The notes beneath the pieces are model-generated. The model did not search any database. It worked only from the letters and a program-made list of their open reading frames with translations, and was not told the origin of the DNA. A program made the translations under genes and the position numbers. From Mycobacterium tuberculosis H37Rv (GTDB lineage: Bacteria; Actinomycetota; Actinomycetes; Mycobacteriales; Mycobacteriaceae), in contig NC_000962.3 of assembly GCF_000195955.2 (NCBI RefSeq), positions 1,410,001 through 1,442,000 of the forward strand: a DNA stretch of 32,000 nucleotides. The letters are read 5' to 3'. How positions within the stretch are numbered: the stretch's first letter is position 1; the number at the start of each line of letters is the position of its first letter. Shown here piece after piece: positions 9,014-17,417 of this stretch.

Positions 9014-9748
9014 CTAGACCGGTTTGGTGGCGGTGACCTGCTTACCCCAGTCGGACATCGTCAACGTCACCGACGTGTCTTTGGTGGGAGCGATCTGGAT
9101 CTGGACCAAGTGCGAGGATCCATCCGAAGCGATCCAGACGGTGGTGGGCACCGTTTTGACGTCTTCGGAGGTCAGACGTGAGCCGGCCAGCGTCGCGATG
9201 TCGTCAGCAGACGAGTTCCCGGTGATCTTGGTGGTCGCGACACCGTCCGCCTGCTGGCTGCCGGCAACCGACGCGTCCTTGAGGTTAGCCAACAGGTTGG
9301 CCAGGCCCTTGTTGGGGTCGAGGAGCACCGACACGTTGTAGATCGAGGCGCCGTTGCCGAAATCGGTGTAGGTGCCGGGCTGGCCTAGGTCGGAGTACAG
9401 GTGACCGTCAACATAGACGAACTTCGCGTCTTCGCTCTTGTTGCCGACGAGCAATGTCGCGCTACCGGTGGCAACCGTCTGCGGTGTGTTGGAGATATCG
9501 CCTTCGAGCTTGGTCACCCGCAGGTTTGGCACGTCGCCTGTCACCGCAAGTCTGACGTGCATTCCGGTGACCTTGCGCATCGCATCGGTGGCCTGCTTGA
9601 GTAGCATGGCCGCATCGCCGTTGGATGCCGTGGCCGCGGTGTCAGACGCTTTGCCGGCGTCCCCTTCGGTTGAGCAGCCGCCGATCGCCAGGACGACGGC
9701 GAGTATGGCGGTGGCGGCGGCAACAACGGAACAAGGTGGATGCTTCAT
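9014..9748 (-). CDS. lprA: Lipoprotein LprA (LppX/LprAFG family), 244 aa (Rv1270c)
   Basis: Lipobox LAIGGC after MKHPPCSVVAAATAILAVV; DAMRKVTGMHVRLAVTGDVPNLRVTKLEGDISNTPQTVATGSATLLVG typical of the LppX_LprAFG fold; synteny. Confidence 0.93.
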   Translation of the reverse strand: MKHPPCSVVAAATAILAVVLAIGGCSTEGDAGKASDTAATASNGDAAMLLKQATDAMRKVTGMHVRLAVTGDVPNLRVTKLEGDISNTPQTVATGSATLLVGNKSEDAKFVYVDGHLYSDLGQPGTYTDFGNGASIYNVSVLLDPNKGLANLLANLKDASVAGSQQADGVATTKITGNSSADDIATLAGSRLTSEDVKTVPTTVWIASDGSSHLVQIQIAPTKDTSVTLTMSDWGKQVTATKPV

Positions 9749-9913
9749 CGAAATCTCCTCATGTTGGCCCACAGCTTCGTACTGCATAGCAATCCCGTTG
9801 CGGCAGAGTCAACAGCCGACACCGAGTCCGAGTGAGCGCCGCACGGCACCGCGAGTCGAATCGGCCGAATTGAATGGCGTTTCAAACGCTTTCGTTGTCC
9901 GGCGGCAAAGCGA

Positions 9914-9946
9914 ATGCGGGGATCCCGGTTGACGGGATCCCCGCAT
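9914..9946 (-). terminator. Strong hairpin downstream of Rv1271c
   Basis: Perfect 14-bp inverted repeat ATGCGGGGATCCCG (9914-9927), GTTGA loop, CGGGATCCCCGCAT (9933-9946), about 15 nt past the Rv1271c stop. Confidence 0.75.
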
Positions 9947-9960
9947 CGGGTGGGCAGCGG

Positions 9961-10302
9961 CTAGGTGAGCTGGCTGGCGTATTGCGGGCAGTAGGCCTTG
10001 GTTGCGTCGACGACGAAGTAGGCTGCCTGCTTAGTGGTCAGGTTGGTTTGGCTGAGGACCTCCTCGGCGATCTCGGTGCCGGTTTCGCCGCTGGCCAGCT
10101 TCTTGCAGACCAGCTGGGCTTGCTGGGTGGCCACCTGCGGTGAGGAGAAGGTGACGCCAATGGACTCCATCTGAGCAATGAAGGCTTCGTCTTTGGTGTT
10201 GGCGCCGGCGGTGCCGGCGGTGGCGACGGCAAGTCCGATGGCGGCGGCGCCGACTGCAGTGGTGAACGCTGCGATAATGCGAGGCGATAACGGCGATAAC
10301 AT
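9961..10302 (-). CDS. Secreted DUF732-family protein, 113 aa (Rv1271c)
   Basis: Signal peptide MLSPLSPRIIAAFTTAVGAAAIGLAVATAGTAGA; DEAFIAQMESIGVTFSS...AQLVCKKLASGETGTEIAEEV...AYCPQY. Confidence 0.9.
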   Translation of the reverse strand: MLSPLSPRIIAAFTTAVGAAAIGLAVATAGTAGANTKDEAFIAQMESIGVTFSSPQVATQQAQLVCKKLASGETGTEIAEEVLSQTNLTTKQAAYFVVDATKAYCPQYASQLT

Positions 10303-10409
10303 GGTCAAGATCCTTCGCGGTCGGGATTTCCCTGGATGACCTCAGCTTGCGGGGGGCGCCTTGGCGGATTCTCAACAACTTCTTGGTAACCTCGTGGGCC
10401 CGCGTCGGG

Positions 10410-12305
10410 CTAGGCCCGCGTCATCTGGTAATAGACCCCGCGCCGGGCCAACAGCTCGGCGTGGTTGCCGCGTTCGACGATCTGGCCGGTCTGGACCACC
10501 AGGATGTGGTCGGCATCGCGAATCGTCGAAAGTCGGTGGGCGATAATGAAACTCGTACGATCCCGGCGAAGCTCGCGCATCGCTCGCTGGATGAGCAGCT
10601 CGGTGCGGGTATCGACCGAGCTGGTCGCCTCGTCCAGGATCAACAGCTGCGGGCGGGCAAGAAAGGCGCGGGCGATGGTAATGAGTTGCTTCTCGCCGAC
10701 GCTGATGCTGCCGCCGTCGCCGCTGACCCGTGTCTGGTAGCCAGCAGGCAGTGTGTTCACAAACCGGTCGACATGGGCCGCCCTGGCGGCTTCTACTATC
10801 TCGTCTGTGGTGGCCTCCGGCCGTCCGTAGGCGATGTTCTCCGCGATGGTCCCGTCGTAGAGCCAGGTGTCTTGCAACACCATGCCGATTCGCGATCGCA
10901 GCGACTGCCGGCTTACCGAGGCGATATCCACCCCGTCGATCAGGATTCGTCCGGAACCGATCTCGTAGAACCGCATTAGCAGGTTCACCAGCGTGGTCTT
11001 GCCGGCTCCCGTCGGTCCGACGATCGCCACCGTGCTACCCGGTTCGGCCACCAGCGACAGGTCGCGGATCACCGGCGTGCCCGGGAGGTAAGCAAAGTTC
11101 ACGTGCTCAAACTCGACCCGTCCGGTTAGGTTCGGCAGCTCCGGCTCAGGCTCCGGCGACTCCTCGGGCTCGTCGAGCACGTCGAACACCCGCTCCGCGC
11201 TGGCCACCCCGGACTGCAGGGCGTTGTACATCCCGGCCAGCTGGCTCAGCGGCATGTTGAACTGGCGGATGTACTGGATGAACGCCTGGATGCTGCCGAG
11301 CGTGATCTGCCCGGTGGCTACCTGCAGGCCACCGGCCACCGCGACCGCGACGTAGCCGAGGTTGCCGATGAACGCCGTCGCCGGCTGCACGAGACCAGAG
11401 AGGAACTGGGCGCCGAAACCGGCCTGGTAGACGTCGTCATTCAACTCGTGGAACCGTTCTCGTGCGGCCGCTTGGTGGCCGAACGTCTTGACTACCGTGA
11501 ACCCGCTGTAGGTCTCTTCGAGATGGGCGTTGAGGCGCCCGGTGCTGGTCCAGTGAGCTACGAATAGGGGCTGTGACCGCCGGGTGATCGCGCGTGTCAC
11601 CAGCAGCGACAGCGGCACCGTCAGCAGTGTGATCAGCGCCAGCAGGCCCGAGATCGACACCATCATGGCCAGCACCGCCACCATGGTCAGAATCGACGTC
11701 ACCAGCTGGCTGATCGTCATTGACAGCGACGACTGGAGGTTGTCGATGTCATTGGTGACCCGGCTCAGCAGCTCACCGCGCTGTTGTCCGTCGAAGTAGG
11801 ACAGCGGCAGCCGGTGCACCTTGTCTTCGACATCGGTCCGCAACCTGACCATCGTTTTCTGCACGGTGAGGTTGAGCAGCCGGGCTTGTGCCCAAATCAT
11901 CAGCGCTGCAGCCAGATACAGCGCCAACGCCAGCGCCAGTGTTCGCTCCACCGCGGCGAAGTCCACACCTTGGCCCGGCACCACGTTCATCCCGGACAGC
12001 AGGTCGGCGAAGGTGTTGTCACCACGGGCCCGAGCCGAAGCGACGGCCTGTGCCTTGGTGATTCCCCCCGGTAGCCCTCGCCCGATCACGCCGTTGAACA
12101 GCAAATCGGTGGCATGGCCGAGGATCCGTGGAACGATGACGCCGATCGTCGTGCCGGCGATTCCCAGTGTGATCACCGCGATGCTCAGCCGGCGTTGTGG
12201 CGCCAGCCGTTTCACCAGTCGGGCTGCCGATCCCCAGAAGTCGCGGGACCGCATGTTCGGGGGCGGGCTTGCGGCACGGGGGCGTGCGCCCGGTGGCGCG
12301 GTCAC
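10410..12305 (-). CDS. ABC exporter half-transporter (TMD-NBD), canonical Walker B Glu, 631 aa (Rv1272c)
   Basis: Walker [10 protein letters not shown]; [11 protein letters not shown]; H-loop [11 protein letters not shown]; ABC signature degenerate ([10 protein letters not shown]). GTG start overlaps the upstream gene stop (GTGA). Confidence 0.93.
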
Positions 12306-14050
12306 CCTACACCCCCGACCGTGGCGCTCAGCGATTGTGAGGCGGCGAATTCGGCATAGGTGGGGCAATCGGCCAGCAGCGTTTCGTGGGTGCCCGTGCC
12401 GACGATCTTACCGTTATCGACAACGATGACCTGGTCGGCCTGAGCGGCATTCGAAATCCGTTGTGTAACAACAATGATGGTTGCATCACCAGATACCTGT
12501 CGCAGCGATGCGTGGACTTTGGCGTCGGTGTGCACGTCAAGTGCGGAGAACGCGTCGTCGAACACATAGATGGCCGGACGTCGGATGACCGCTCGGGCTA
12601 TCGCCAGCCGTTGGCGCTGCCCGCCGGAGAAGTTGACACCACCTTGGGCGACACGCGTCTGCAGCCCGTCTGTTTGTACAAAGCCGTCGGCCGCGGCGAC
12701 CCGCAGCGCCTCCCACATCTCCTGCTCGGTGACTACCTGGTCTGGGCCCCCGCCGTAGCGCAGGTTGTCCGCGACGGTTCCGGAGAAGAGGTAGCTGCGC
12801 TGGGGCACCAGCCCGATCGCTGACCAGAGCCGCTCGGTGTGGTACTCGCGGACGTCGATACCGTCAACCAAGACCGCGCCAGCGGTGACGTCGTAGAGCC
12901 GGCAGATCAACGACACCAGTGTCGACTTGCCCGAACCGGTACTGCCGACGATCGCGGTGGTGGTACCGGGCCGCGCAGTCAACGAAATGTCCTGCAGCAC
13001 CGGGCAGTCGGCGCCAGGATAGGTAAAGGTTGCGCCAGCCAAGCGCACTACGCCCGTGACCCCGTCCGTCGGGAACTTGGGATTGTCGGGGTTACCGAGT
13101 GCGGCGGGCGTGGAAAGCACCTCGGTGATGCGTTCGGCGCAGACCGACGCTCGTGGCAGCACGGCCAGCGTCATGGTCGCCATCAACACCGCCATCAGGA
13201 TCTGGGCGAAGTAGGACAGGAAGGCGATCAGGGAGCCGACCTGCATCTGGCCGCTGTCGATGCGTAGCCCACCGAACCAGATCAGTGCGACGCTGGATGC
13301 GTTGATGGTCAGCGTGGTCACCGGCAGCATCAGTGCTTGCCAGTTGCCGGCGCTCAGTGCGGCATTCGACAGCGCCGTATTGGCCTGCGCGAACTTGTCG
13401 CGTTCATAGCCTTCGCGGGTGAAGGCGCGGACCACTCGCACCCCGGACAGCTGATCGCGCATCACCCGGTTGATGCCGTCGATCAGGCTCTGCATGCGGC
13501 GGAAGAGCGGCAGCATGTGGGAGATGATCCAGTAGTTTGCTACGGCCAGAATCGGAACGCTGACCAGCAGCAGCCATGTCAGCGCGGCCTCCTGGTGGAT
13601 GGCCATGATGATTCCGCCGACGCACATGATCGGTGCGGTGACCAGCACGGTGGCGGTCATCTGGACCAGGAACAGGATCTGCCGGACGTCGTTGGTGCTG
13701 CGGGTCAACAACGTCGGAGCGCCGAATCGGGCGGTCTCGCGTTCCGAGAAGGTGATGATGTGTTCGAACATTGCCGAGCGCAGGTCACGGCCGAAACCCG
13801 CCCCGGTCCGGGAGCCCAGATAGACCGCCCCGATCGCGCACAGCACCTGCAATCCGGTCACCCCAAGCATCACCGCACCCAGCCGTACGATGGTGGCGGT
13901 GTCGCCCTTGGCGACGCCGTCGTCGACGATTGCGGCGTTGACCGTCGGGAGGTATAGCGAAGCCAGGGTGCTGACCAGCTGCAGCATCATCAGCATCGCG
14001 ACCAGCCGGCGGTACGGTCGGATGTGCTGGCGCAGCAGGGCCAGGAGCAT
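12302..14050 (-). CDS. ABC exporter half-transporter, degenerate catalytic residues, 582 aa (Rv1273c)
   Basis: Walker [10 protein letters not shown]; signature FSGGQRQRL; Walker [12 protein letters not shown] (Asp replacing catalytic Glu); H-loop position TQRIS (Gln). Confidence 0.93.
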
Positions 14051-14196
14051 TGGGTAACTGTCGCACACTGCGCATGCTGCCTACCCGCGCCAGGCATGAG
14101 TCTTAGGCCGAAATGCCTGGTTAACTGGCGTGTCGTGGTTGACCCGCGGGCCTGCGGCTACAGTGCATGCTGTGATCGGCAGTGGGAGAGGTAGCG

Positions 14197-14754
14197 GTGC
14201 GGCGTAAGGTGCGGAGGTTGACTCTGGCGGTGTCGGCGTTGGTGGCTTTGTTCCCGGCGGTCGCGGGGTGCTCCGATTCCGGCGACAACAAACCGGGAGC
14301 GACGATCCCGTCGACACCGGCAAACGCTGAGGGCCGGCACGGACCCTTCTTCCCGCAATGTGGCGGCGTCAGCGATCAGACGGTGACCGAGCTGACAAGG
14401 GTGACCGGGCTGGTCAACACCGCCAAGAATTCGGTGGGCTGCCAATGGCTGGCGGGCGGCGGTATCTTGGGCCCGCACTTCTCCTTCTCCTGGTACCGCG
14501 GCAGCCCGATCGGGCGGGAACGCAAGACCGAGGAGTTGTCGCGCGCGAGTGTCGAGGACATCAACATCGACGGCCACAGCGGTTTCATCGCCATCGGTAA
14601 CGAGCCCAGTTTGGGTGACTCACTGTGTGAAGTCGGAATCCAGTTCTCCGACGACTTCATCGAATGGTCGGTGAGTTTCAGCCAGAAGCCGTTCCCGCTG
14701 CCGTGCGACATCGCCAAAGAACTGACCCGCCAATCGATTGCGAATTCGAAATGA
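14197..14754 (+). CDS. lprB: Lipoprotein LprB (DUF3558), 185 aa, GTG start (Rv1274)
   Basis: Lipobox VAGC; DUF3558-like motifs (TELTRVTGLVNTAKNSVGCQWLAGG, CDIAKELT); synteny. Confidence 0.92.
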   Translation: MRRKVRRLTLAVSALVALFPAVAGCSDSGDNKPGATIPSTPANAEGRHGPFFPQCGGVSDQTVTELTRVTGLVNTAKNSVGCQWLAGGGILGPHFSFSWYRGSPIGRERKTEELSRASVEDINIDGHSGFIAIGNEPSLGDSLCEVGIQFSDDFIEWSVSFSQKPFPLPCDIAKELTRQSIANSK

Positions 14755-15293
14755 GACGTGTCCTGGTCGGTGCGGCCGCCTTGATCACCGCACTGCTTGT
14801 CTTGACCGGCTGCACGAAGTCGATTTCGGGTACCGCCGTCAAGGCGGGTGGGGCCGGTGTCCCGCGCAACAATAACTCCCAGGAGCGCTACCCCAACCTG
14901 CTCAAGGAATGTGAGGTCCTGACCACCGACATCCTGGCCAAGACCGTCGGTGCCGATCCGCTCGACATCCAGAGCACGTTCGTCGGCGCGATCTGCCGGT
15001 GGCAGGCGGCCAACCCGGCCGGTCTGATCGATATCACCCGGTTCTGGTTCGAGCAGGGCAGTCTGAGCAATGAGCGCAAGGTCGCCGAGGGCCTGAAGTA
15101 CCAGGTCGAGACCCGCGCGATCCAGGGCGTGGACTCGATTGTGATGCGGACGGGCGATCCCAACGGCGCCTGCGGCGTCGCCAGCGACGCGGCGGGAGTG
15201 GTCGGCTGGTGGGTCAATCCCCAGGCTCCTGGTATCGACGCCTGCGGGCAGGCGATCAAGCTGATGGAGCTGACGCTGGCAACCAACGCCTAG
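14751..15293 (+). CDS. lprC: Lipoprotein LprC (DUF3558), 180 aa (Rv1275)
   Basis: Start ATG overlaps lprB stop (ATGA at 14751-14754); lipobox VLTGC; C-terminal ACGQAIKLMELTLA. Confidence 0.93.
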   Translation: MRRVLVGAAALITALLVLTGCTKSISGTAVKAGGAGVPRNNNSQERYPNLLKECEVLTTDILAKTVGADPLDIQSTFVGAICRWQAANPAGLIDITRFWFEQGSLSNERKVAEGLKYQVETRAIQGVDSIVMRTGDPNGACGVASDAAGVVGWWVNPQAPGIDACGQAIKLMELTLATNA

Positions 15294-15317
15294 CGCTGGG
15301 CGAGGCGGGAGCGTGGG

Positions 15318-15379
15318 CGTGAGCGCGCGCAGTTGTACGGCACTAACGGCGTGTCGGGGTACAGACACGCGCGCTCGCG
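15318..15379. terminator. Long hairpin in the convergent lprC/Rv1276c gap, candidate bidirectional terminator
   Basis: Outer stem CGTGAGCGCGCG (15318-15329) / CGCGCGCTCGCG (15368-15379), 12 bp with one G-T; inner TGTAC...GTACA; 38-nt interior. Confidence 0.5.
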
Positions 15380-15437
15380 GGTTCGGCTGCCTTCAAAAGG
15401 AAGTACGCGGCTGACGGTTTGCGGAGCAAGAGCACCT

Positions 15438-15944
15438 CTACCGTGGCACGTGAAAGCCGACCAGCGCGGCACACCCCGGTTCGACGTCTGCCCAGTGTCC
15501 GGCGACGCGTAGCACGGCGATCCCCGACGTCGGGAACTTCTCCGAGATGCGTTCCGCGACAGCGGCGTCGGTGCCGCTGATGCTGGCCAGGACGATGGCA
15601 AGGGCCGACGTCGTTGGCTCGTGCCCGACCACAAGCAGTGTGGTGACGTTGTCGCCAACCCGGTTGATCTCCTCGATCACTGTTCCGGGTGCCGCGCCGT
15701 AGAGCCGCTCGGCGTAGCGAGCGGGTGCGTCGATGCCGGTGTGCGCCAAGGTCTGCCGGGCGCGCGTAGCCGTGGAGCACAGCACGGCATCGACGGCCGG
15801 CAGGTTGGCGCGCAGCCAGCCACCGGCCAGCCCGGCCTCCCGGATACCCCGCGGCGCTAGCGGCCGGTCATGGTCGGCGATCCCGTCCGGGTACGCAGAC
15901 TTCGCGTGTCGCATCAGCACCAGGTTGCGGTATTGCTCATTCAC
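15438..15944 (-). CDS. SixA-like histidine phosphatase (Rv1276c), 168 aa from ATG 15944; 158 aa from internal ATG 15914
   Basis: RNLVLMRHAKSAYP (RHG-type motif), TATRARQTL, LLVVGHEPTTSALA. Confidence 0.9.
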   Translation of the reverse strand: MNEQYRNLVLMRHAKSAYPDGIADHDRPLAPRGIREAGLAGGWLRANLPAVDAVLCSTATRARQTLAHTGIDAPARYAERLYGAAPGTVIEEINRVGDNVTTLLVVGHEPTTSALAIVLASISGTDAAVAERISEKFPTSGIAVLRVAGHWADVEPGCAALVGFHVPR

Positions 15945-16176
15945 TGGGCTGACGTTAGTTCAGTGACGTGCCCGGGATCGCTACGGTTGGTCGTCGTCCT
16001 GGTCCCCGCCGCGCTCCGCTGGCATGGGACAGACTTCGTTGCGATCGCCTAGCTCGAGCCGAGGCGTCAGCCATAGGGCGCTGATAGGTAGGGCGAGCAT
16101 TCTGTGCCCAAAGGATAGGGCTGGCATCGCCCGGGCAAGCACGGGCGGCATGCTGCCCCGCCGGTGAGTCCGCGCC

Positions 16177-16200
16177 CGGGACCTGCCGGGCGAGGTCCCG
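16177..16200. repeat. GC-rich inverted repeat upstream of Rv1277
   Basis: CGGGACCT (16177-16184), 8-nt loop GCCGGGCG, AGGTCCCG (16193-16200): perfect 8-bp arms. Confidence 0.6.
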
Positions 16201-16204
16201 CGCC

Positions 16205-16227
16205 TTGTCGGTGTGCAGACCTACACT
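16205..16227 (+). promoter_or_regulatory. RecA-NDp-type (PafBC-dependent) DNA-damage promoter motif upstream of Rv1277
   Basis: TTGTCGGTG (16205-16213), N8, TACACT (16222-16227): exact match to the published mycobacterial consensus tTGTCRgtg-N8-TAnnnT. Confidence 0.75.
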
Positions 16228-16265
16228 CGCTTTGCGTTGACAGCCACGCACTCAGGAGGGATGGG

Positions 16266-17417
16266 ATGCGATTCCTGCACACTGCCGACTGGCAGCTCGG
16301 CATGACGCGTCACTTTCTCGCCGGTGACGCCCAGCCGCGATATTCTGCTGCCCGCCGTGACGCAGTCGCTGGACTAAAAGCGCTGGCCGCCGATGTGGGC
16401 GCCGAATTCGTCGTAGTCGCCGGTGACGTCTTCGAACACAATCAGCTCGCGCCACAGATAGTCGGTCAATCCTTGGAAGCCATGCGCGTGATCGGCCTTC
16501 CGGTCTATCTGCTGCCGGGTAACCATGACCCGCTGGACGCTTCGTCGGTGTACACCAGCACGCTGTTTCGAGCCGAACGGCCGGACAACGTTGTGGTGCT
16601 CGACCGAGCTGGCGTCCACGAGGTCCGGCCGGGAGTCCAGATCGTCGCGGCGCCGTGGCGGTCCAAGGCGCCCACCACCGACCCGGTTGCCGAGGTGCTG
16701 GCCGGCCTGCCCACAGACGCCGCTATTCGGCTGCTCGTCGCCCATGGGGGTGTCGACGCGCTGGACCCCGACCACGACAAACCGTCGCTGATCAGGCTCG
16801 CCGCACTCGACGACGCGCTGACTCGACAGGCGATTCATTATGTGGCCCTAGGTGACAAACATTCGCTTACCCAGGTCGGCAGCAGCGGGCGGGTCTGGTA
16901 CTCCGGTGCACCGGAAGTCACCAACTTCGACGACGTCGAACCGGACCCCGGTCACGTCCTAGTGGTCGACATCGACGAAAGCGACCCGCGACATCCCGTC
17001 ACCGTCGACGCCCGTCGCATCGGCCGCTGGCGGTTCGTTACGTTGCACCACCAGGTCGACACCAGCCGGGACATCGCCGACCTGGACCTGAACCTGGATC
17101 TGATGACGGACAAGGACCGCACCGTGGTGCGGCTGGCCCTGACCGGTTCGCTGACGGTCACTGACCGCGCCGCATTGGATACCTGTCTGGACAAGTACGC
17201 GCGGTTGTTCGCCTGGCTGGGTCTGTGGGAACGTCACACCGACCTAGCGGTGATACCCGTCGACGCCGAGTTCACCGACCTCGGCATCGGGGGGTTCGCC
17301 GCCGCGGCCGTCGACGAGCTAGTCGCGACCGCGCGCGGGGGTGACGACGAGTCCGCCGTCGATGCCCAGGCGGCGCTGGCACTGTTGCTGCGGCTCGCTG
17401 ACCGGGGAGCGGCGTGA
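16266..17417 (+). CDS. SbcD/Mre11/YhaO-like metallophosphoesterase (Rv1277), 383 aa from ATG 16266; longer ORF from 16164 gives 417 aa
   Basis: MRFLHTADWQLG, VVAGDVFEHN, LPGNHDPLD, LVAHGGV, VALGDKHS; AGGAGG RBS at 16254-16259, 6 nt before ATG 16266. Confidence 0.9.
   Translation: MRFLHTADWQLGMTRHFLAGDAQPRYSAARRDAVAGLKALAADVGAEFVVVAGDVFEHNQLAPQIVGQSLEAMRVIGLPVYLLPGNHDPLDASSVYTSTLFRAERPDNVVVLDRAGVHEVRPGVQIVAAPWRSKAPTTDPVAEVLAGLPTDAAIRLLVAHGGVDALDPDHDKPSLIRLAALDDALTRQAIHYVALGDKHSLTQVGSSGRVWYSGAPEVTNFDDVEPDPGHVLVVDIDESDPRHPVTVDARRIGRWRFVTLHHQVDTSRDIADLDLNLDLMTDKDRTVVRLALTGSLTVTDRAALDTCLDKYARLFAWLGLWERHTDLAVIPVDAEFTDLGIGGFAAAAVDELVATARGGDDESAVDAQAALALLLRLADRGAA

Noticed and set aside
13337-13957. 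206-aa plus-strand ORF opposite the Rv1273c transmembrane region
   Set aside because: Antisense shadow ORF with no recognisable domain.
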